Shown: piece by piece, positions 47,664 to 52,387 of the stretch
Position numbering within the stretch: the stretch's first letter is position 1
Layout of the letters: each line of letters starts with the position of its first letter
Source: Verrucomicrobiales bacterium
GTDB lineage: Bacteria; Verrucomicrobiota; Verrucomicrobiia; Verrucomicrobiales; V1-33
Assembly (NCBI GenBank): GCA_031411295.1
Contig: JANOAV010000151.1
Coordinates: 1-52,387, forward strand
Length of the DNA: 52,387 nucleotides
Direction: 5' to 3'
Position numbers and translations under genes: made by a program
Notes under the pieces: generated by a model
Databases searched by the model: none
Told to the model about the DNA's origin: nothing
Seen by the model: only the letters and a program-made list of their open reading frames with translations

Positions 47664-48821
47664 GTGTCTGCGCTTCTGCTTGCTGCCCGGGAAACATTTT
47701 ACTCCCACTGCGGACGTCTGGCCACCCATGCGGCCCAGGCTCCCGGGCGGGTGAATTTGATAGGCGAGCACACCGACTACAACGACGGCTTCGTGCTGCC
47801 CATGGCCCTGGAGCGGGAAACGGTCATCGTGGGGGCTCCGAATGGCACGCAGACCGCCCGATTGCTGACACCCGCCTTTTCCGCCATGGTCGAGATTCCG
47901 CTGGAGACCACGTTAGTCCGGGCGCGGGATGGTTGGGCTGATTACGTTCGCGGGGTCATGGCCGGATTCCAAACGCGCGGGGTTGCCTTGCCGGGGTTCG
48001 ATGCCGTCATTGTTAGCAATGTGCCGTTGGGCGGAGGCTTGTCCAGCAGTGCCGCCTTGGAAATCAGTGTGGCCATGTTTCTGCAAGCGCTCTCGGAGCA
48101 CGCCATCTCAGCCACGGATATGGCGCTGCTCTGTCAGCGCGCCGAGCATGATTTTGCAGGGGTGCCTTGCGGTGTGATGGATCAATTCATCAGCCGCTGC
48201 GCCCAAGTGGGCCATGCCATGCTGCTGGATTGTGCCTCGTTGGAGGCAACCCACATTCCTTTTGCGGACAACTCGGTGGCCGTGCTCATCATCAACAGCA
48301 TGGTGAAACACGCCTTGGCTGAGAGCGCCTACGCTCAGCGACGTCAGACGTGTGAAGCGGTGGCGGCCCAACTCCAGGTTCCGGCCTTGCGCTGGACAAC
48401 GCAGGCTGCGGTGGATCAACTCGATTTAACAAATGAAGCCGCCCGACGCGTGCGGCATGTGCTCAGTGAAATTTCCCGCACCCAGGAAGCGGCCGATTGT
48501 CTGGCCAAGGGAGACTGGGTGAGGTTGGGCGAATTAATGATGCAGAGCCACCTTTCCTTGCGGGATGATTACGAAGTTTCCTGTGCGGAGCTGGATTGGT
48601 TGGTGGACCAGAGCCGCCGCATCCCCAGTGCTTCGGCCGTGTATGGCGCTCGCATGACGGGTGGTGGTTTTGGTGGCTGCATGATCCTGCTGGTGCGCTC
48701 CGATGCCGTGGCGCAGGTGCAGGCGGAGATGCTGGCGGCGTATGCCGCAGAGGGCGGACGCACCGCCGAGAGCCTGATTTCCCAAGCCGCTGGTGGAGCG
48801 CGCATCCTTTCGCTCACATGA
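47664..48821 (+). CDS. galK: galactokinase
   Basis: APGRVNLIGEHTDYNDGFVLP, VPLGGGLSSSAALE, CGVMDQ, GARMTGGGFGGC. Confidence 0.97.
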   Translation: MSALLLAARETFYSHCGRLATHAAQAPGRVNLIGEHTDYNDGFVLPMALERETVIVGAPNGTQTARLLTPAFSAMVEIPLETTLVRARDGWADYVRGVMAGFQTRGVALPGFDAVIVSNVPLGGGLSSSAALEISVAMFLQALSEHAISATDMALLCQRAEHDFAGVPCGVMDQFISRCAQVGHAMLLDCASLEATHIPFADNSVAVLIINSMVKHALAESAYAQRRQTCEAVAAQLQVPALRWTTQAAVDQLDLTNEAARRVRHVLSEISRTQEAADCLAKGDWVRLGELMMQSHLSLRDDYEVSCAELDWLVDQSRRIPSASAVYGARMTGGGFGGCMILLVRSDAVAQVQAEMLAAYAAEGGRTAESLISQAAGGARILSLT

Positions 48822-49882
48822 CCCTGCTCTACCATCAATTCATCAAACGCGGCGGGCTGGAAGGCTACCTCTACGAATTCGCCAAGCACCTCCATGGGCG
48901 GGGGATTCCGTTGACCTTGGTCGGATGTAAAATTGATGATCGCTTCAAGGCCCTGGCCGCCAAGACGCATCGCATCTGGTCGCCACCGGGCTTCAGTGGC
49001 CTGATGCTACAGCGCTTCGCCCTGCGCTCTGCCGCCCTCCTGCCAACGATGGCCGATGGACCCGTGCTGGGGTTCGGGCGCACTTATAAACAGGACGTGC
49101 ACCGGGCTGGGGGAGGGTGCCACCAAGTTTACTCCCGGTTGCTGCCCGCCCGCAAACAGGCGCGGTGGAAGAACCAACTGGAACTCCGCATCGAAAAATT
49201 GCTCTACACCAGCGGTCAGACCCCGCGCTTCGTGGTAAATTCCAGTCAAGTGAAGGAGGAAATTCAAACGGAGTATGGCGTGGCCGCTGATCGCATTCAG
49301 GTGATTCACACGGGGGTGAATTACGAGTATTTCACCCCTGGCGATAAAGCGGCGGCACGGGCCAAACTCAAGGCTCCTGACGCCCCGCTCCTGTTGTTTG
49401 TCTCTCTGGATCATCGACGCAAGGGGCTGGAAACGTTGCTGCAAGCGCTCGCGCAAGTGCCCACTGCTCATTTGTGGATCGTGGGAGCAGACCTCGATGC
49501 TGCGTGGCAGGCAAAAATTCAGGCACTGCGACTAACGGACCGTCTGACCAGTCATGGTTCGCAGAGCGATCTCCGTCCGTTCTATCAAGCCGCCGATGTC
49601 TTCGTGCATCCCACGCGCTATGATGCCTGCGCTAACACCGTGCTGCAAAGTCTCGCCAGCGGTCTGCCCGGCATCATTTCCACGCATGATGGCGCGCGGG
49701 ATTTCATTCGTCATGACGACAATGGTTACTTGCTGCAAGATCCCACGGATGCCGACGAATTGGCTGGTTTGATCCATCAGGCACTCTCGACTAAGGAACG
49801 CATCGCCCCCGCCACCCGTCCCACCGTGCTGCCGCTCACGTGGGAGCGGCATGTGGACCAATGGTTGGCGTTGCTGGGATAA
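48818..49882 (+). CDS. GT4 family glycosyltransferase (WaaG/RfaG-like)
   Basis: GGLEGY, RKGLETL, FYQAADVFVHPTRYDACANTVLQSLASGLP; ATGA overlap with galK. Confidence 0.9.
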   Translation: MTLLYHQFIKRGGLEGYLYEFAKHLHGRGIPLTLVGCKIDDRFKALAAKTHRIWSPPGFSGLMLQRFALRSAALLPTMADGPVLGFGRTYKQDVHRAGGGCHQVYSRLLPARKQARWKNQLELRIEKLLYTSGQTPRFVVNSSQVKEEIQTEYGVAADRIQVIHTGVNYEYFTPGDKAAARAKLKAPDAPLLLFVSLDHRRKGLETLLQALAQVPTAHLWIVGADLDAAWQAKIQALRLTDRLTSHGSQSDLRPFYQAADVFVHPTRYDACANTVLQSLASGLPGIISTHDGARDFIRHDDNGYLLQDPTDADELAGLIHQALSTKERIAPATRPTVLPLTWERHVDQWLALLG

Positions 49883-49952
49883 ACTGAATTTCCGGCGTGC
49901 AAATTCAGCGCAGCACGCTACATCAAGTATCCGCCCATCCCTTTCCTGACCC

Positions 49953-51014
49953 ATGCCCGTCCTTACCCCAGAAGCCGCCGCCGATTACCGCCAAGCACTC
50001 GAACGCCTGGGCAAGAAGCTGGTGTTCACTAGCGGTTGCTTTGATTTACTTCATGTGGGCCACGTGCGCTACTTGCACGATGCCCGGGAGCTGGGCGATG
50101 CCTTGTGTATCGCCATGAATTCCGATGCTTCGGTGCGAGGGTTGAAAGGACCGGATCGTCCCATCAACAATGAATCGGATCGCGCGGAAGTCTTGCTGGG
50201 ACTGAGTTCCGTAGATGTGGTCGTCGTCTTTGATGAAGAGCGCACCACCAACTTAATCAACACCATAAAGCCACACATCTTCGCCAAGGGAGGCGATTAC
50301 ACCGTCGAAACCCTCAATCCAGAAGAGCGCGCAGCGTTGCAGCAGGTCGGCTGCCAGATCGAAATTTTGCCAGAGGTGAAAGGAAAATCCACCACCGCCA
50401 CCCTGGCCAAGTTGCATGCGCCCGCCACCAGCGCGGCCCGCAAACGTCGGTTGGGCGTGCTCGGAAGTGGTGCCGGCACCAATTGTCAGGCGCTGATCGA
50501 GGCGATTGCCGCTGGCACGCTGGATGCGGAAATTAGTCTGGTTTTATCGGATCGCGCGGATGCTGGGATCCTGCGTCGGGCGGAAGCTGCGGGGATTCCC
50601 CATGCGTCGATTTCACCTGGTGCTGATGGAGCCAAGTTGGCGCCTGCCGCCTTGCAGGAGATCTGTGATCGCTTCCGCGCAGCCGGGGTGGATCTCATCG
50701 TGCTGGCGGGATTCATGCGGATTGTGAAAGATCCGCTCCTCCACGCCTTCCCCCAGCGCATCATTAACATCCATCCGAGCCTCCTTCCCCAATACCCCGG
50801 CAAAGACGCCATCGCCAAGGCCCTGGCCGCTGGGGAGACCGTGGCTGGCTGCACGGTGCATTACGTGGACGACGGCATTGATACCGGAGAAATCATCGCC
50901 CAGTCCTCAGTTGCCGTGGTCGCAGGAGAGACGGTGGAAACCCTAACGCAGAAAATTCAGCAAGCAGAACACGACCTGCTGCCAACCATCGTGGGGCAGT
51001 TACTCGCCAGATAA
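49953..51014 (+). CDS. purN: fusion: HldC/RfaE-II-like adenylyltransferase plus phosphoribosylglycinamide formyltransferase
   Basis: N-terminal FTSGCFDLLHVGHVRYL, LKGPDRP, KGGDY, KSTT; C-terminal GSGAGTN, LAGFMRI, INIHPSLLP, GCTVHYVDDGIDTG. Confidence 0.88.
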   Translation: MPVLTPEAAADYRQALERLGKKLVFTSGCFDLLHVGHVRYLHDARELGDALCIAMNSDASVRGLKGPDRPINNESDRAEVLLGLSSVDVVVVFDEERTTNLINTIKPHIFAKGGDYTVETLNPEERAALQQVGCQIEILPEVKGKSTTATLAKLHAPATSAARKRRLGVLGSGAGTNCQALIEAIAAGTLDAEISLVLSDRADAGILRRAEAAGIPHASISPGADGAKLAPAALQEICDRFRAAGVDLIVLAGFMRIVKDPLLHAFPQRIINIHPSLLPQYPGKDAIAKALAAGETVAGCTVHYVDDGIDTGEIIAQSSVAVVAGETVETLTQKIQQAEHDLLPTIVGQLLAR

Positions 51015-51022
51015 TGCCTACC

Positions 51023-51085
51023 GTTGGAGTTCGGGCTTGAGCCCGTGCTCGCATACTCCGAACGGGCTGAAGCCCGAACTCCAAC
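51023..51085. repeat. REP-like hairpin
   Basis: gttggagttcgggcttgagcccgt...acgggctgaagcccgaactccaac. Confidence 0.8.
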
Positions 51086-51110
51086 TCAACATGCAAAAAA
51101 CGATTCGACT

Positions 51111-52387
51111 ATGGAGACCCCAACAGACCTCAACTCACGGCCAGCCTACCCGACGTTTAAGGAAGCGCTCAGATACTGGTTGAAGCTCGGATTCATCAGC
51201 TTTGGCGGTCCGGCGGGTCAGATTGCCATGATGCACAAAGAGTTGGTGGAGAAACGTCGCTGGATCTCCGAGGGACATTTTCTGCATGCGTTGAATTTCT
51301 GCATGCTGCTGCCAGGACCCGAAGCGCAGCAATTGGCCACCTATCTTGGCTGGCGACTCCACGGAGCCAGGGGAGGGATTGCGGCGGGCGCGTTGTTCGT
51401 GCTGCCATCGATCTTCATTTTGTTTGCCCTGAGTTGGATCTATATGGCCGGTGGACACCTGGCGTGGCTGGCGGCTATTTTCTATGGACTGCTGCCAGCG
51501 GTGATCGCGGTGGTGGCGGAGGCTGTGCTGCGCATTGGGAAGAAGGCGCTGAAAAGCCCGTCGTTGTGGGCGCTGGCGGCGTTGTCATTCGTGGCCATTT
51601 ACTTTGGGAAAGTATCGTTTGTCATTATCGTGCTAAGCGCTGGCGTGCTGGGCTGGCTGGGTCACCAATGGCTACCCCGGCAGTTTCCCGCCGGGAAGGG
51701 ACATGGCGGCAGTGGGGATCAAGCAGAGCAGCGCTGTCTGGAACTTCCGCCCAGTCCCCGCAGTTCCTGGACCCGTGCCGCCGGAATCACTGCCCTTTGT
51801 CTAACCCTGTGGTGGGGGCCGCTCCTGGTGGTGGGAGCCTGGTTAGGCTGGCAGAGCACTGCTTTTGGCCAGGGCGTCTTTTTTAGCAAAGCCGCCATGG
51901 TTACCTTCGGTGGAGCCTATGCGGTGCTGCCGTATGTCGCCCAGCAGGCCGTGGAAAATTACGGCTGGCTCTCGCATCCCCAAATGATGAGCGGACTGGC
52001 TCTGGCGGAGACGACCCCCGGTCCGTTGATTATGGTCCTGCAATTCGTGGGGTTTGTCGGCGGATGGCAGCATCCGGGCGCCCTGTCCCCGTTGGCCGGG
52101 GCCACCGTGGGAGCGTTGATCACCACTTGGGTGACCTTTCTCCCGTGCTTCTGGTTCGTCTTCCTCGGGGCTCCGCAAGTGGAGCGTTTGCGCAACCAAC
52201 CGAGACTCGGGGCCGCCCTCACGGCCATTACCGCCGCCGTCGTTGGCGTCATTTTGAACCTCGGAGTAAAGTTTGCCGAACAAGCCCTCTGGCCGACCGG
52301 AGCCTCCGCCGGGGCTACCTTCGACTGGTTCGTGGCCGTGGTTGCTATAGCGGCTTTCGTCGCTCTGCAACGATTCAAAGTCAGCCT
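51111..52387 (+). CDS. chrA: chromate efflux transporter ChrA, runs off the window end (absent from the ORF track)
   Basis: My translation gives METPTDLNSRPAYPTFKEALRYWLKLGFISFGGPAGQIAMMHKELVEKRRW..., LPGPEAQQLA, and a second repeat TFGGAYAVL...AETTPGPLIM. Confidence 0.93.
   Translation, partial: METPTDLNSRPAYPTFKEALRYWLKLGFISFGGPAGQIAMMHKELVEKRRWISEGHFLHALNFCMLLPGPEAQQLATYLGWRLHGARGGIAAGALFVLPSIFILFALSWIYMAGGHLAWLAAIFYGLLPAVIAVVAEAVLRIGKKALKSPSLWALAALSFVAIYFGKVSFVIIVLSAGVLGWLGHQWLPRQFPAGKGHGGSGDQAEQRCLELPPSPRSSWTRAAGITALCLTLWWGPLLVVGAWLGWQSTAFGQGVFFSKAAMVTFGGAYAVLPYVAQQAVENYGWLSHPQMMSGLALAETTPGPLIMVLQFVGFVGGWQHPGALSPLAGATVGALITTWVTFLPCFWFVFLGAPQVERLRNQPRLGAALTAITAAVVGVILNLGVKFAEQALWPTGASAGATFDWFVAVVAIAAFVALQRFKVS

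Noticed and set aside
51135..52378. Several short ORFs listed at the window end
   Set aside because: They overlap chrA, which the track missed because its stop lies outside the window.

Overview
GC-rich bacterial chromosomal segment, most likely Verrucomicrobiota (Prosthecobacter/Luteolibacter-like). This is inferred from protein families and repeat types, not from a database search. Housekeeping genes (recG, rfbA/rmlA, holB, recQ, galK, a PurN fusion, chrA, a Zn/Mn ABC transporter, tRNA-Ile2/Met(CAT), tRNA-Ser(GCT)) alternate with accessory modules. (1) 0.2-7.3 kb: a restriction-modification locus bracketed by a ~95-bp direct repeat, in which a Type ISP gene is split and its middle replaced by an N6-methyltransferase plus PD-(D/E)xK nuclease pair. 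(2) 10.9-12.1 kb: an uncharacterised helical+FN3-like gene next to a 14-unit, 21-bp palindromic tandem array. (3) 12.4-15.7 kb: a toxin/immunity-like pair. (4) 16-21.4 kb: a three-gene NRPS-like/amidohydrolase/P450 cluster in which every enzyme has a non-canonical catalytic residue. (5) 31.5-33.7 kb: a vapBC/DUF4058 patch with two interleaved direct-repeat pairs. Several REP/REPIN-type palindromic repeats are scattered through the window. No CRISPR array, integrase or transposase was seen.
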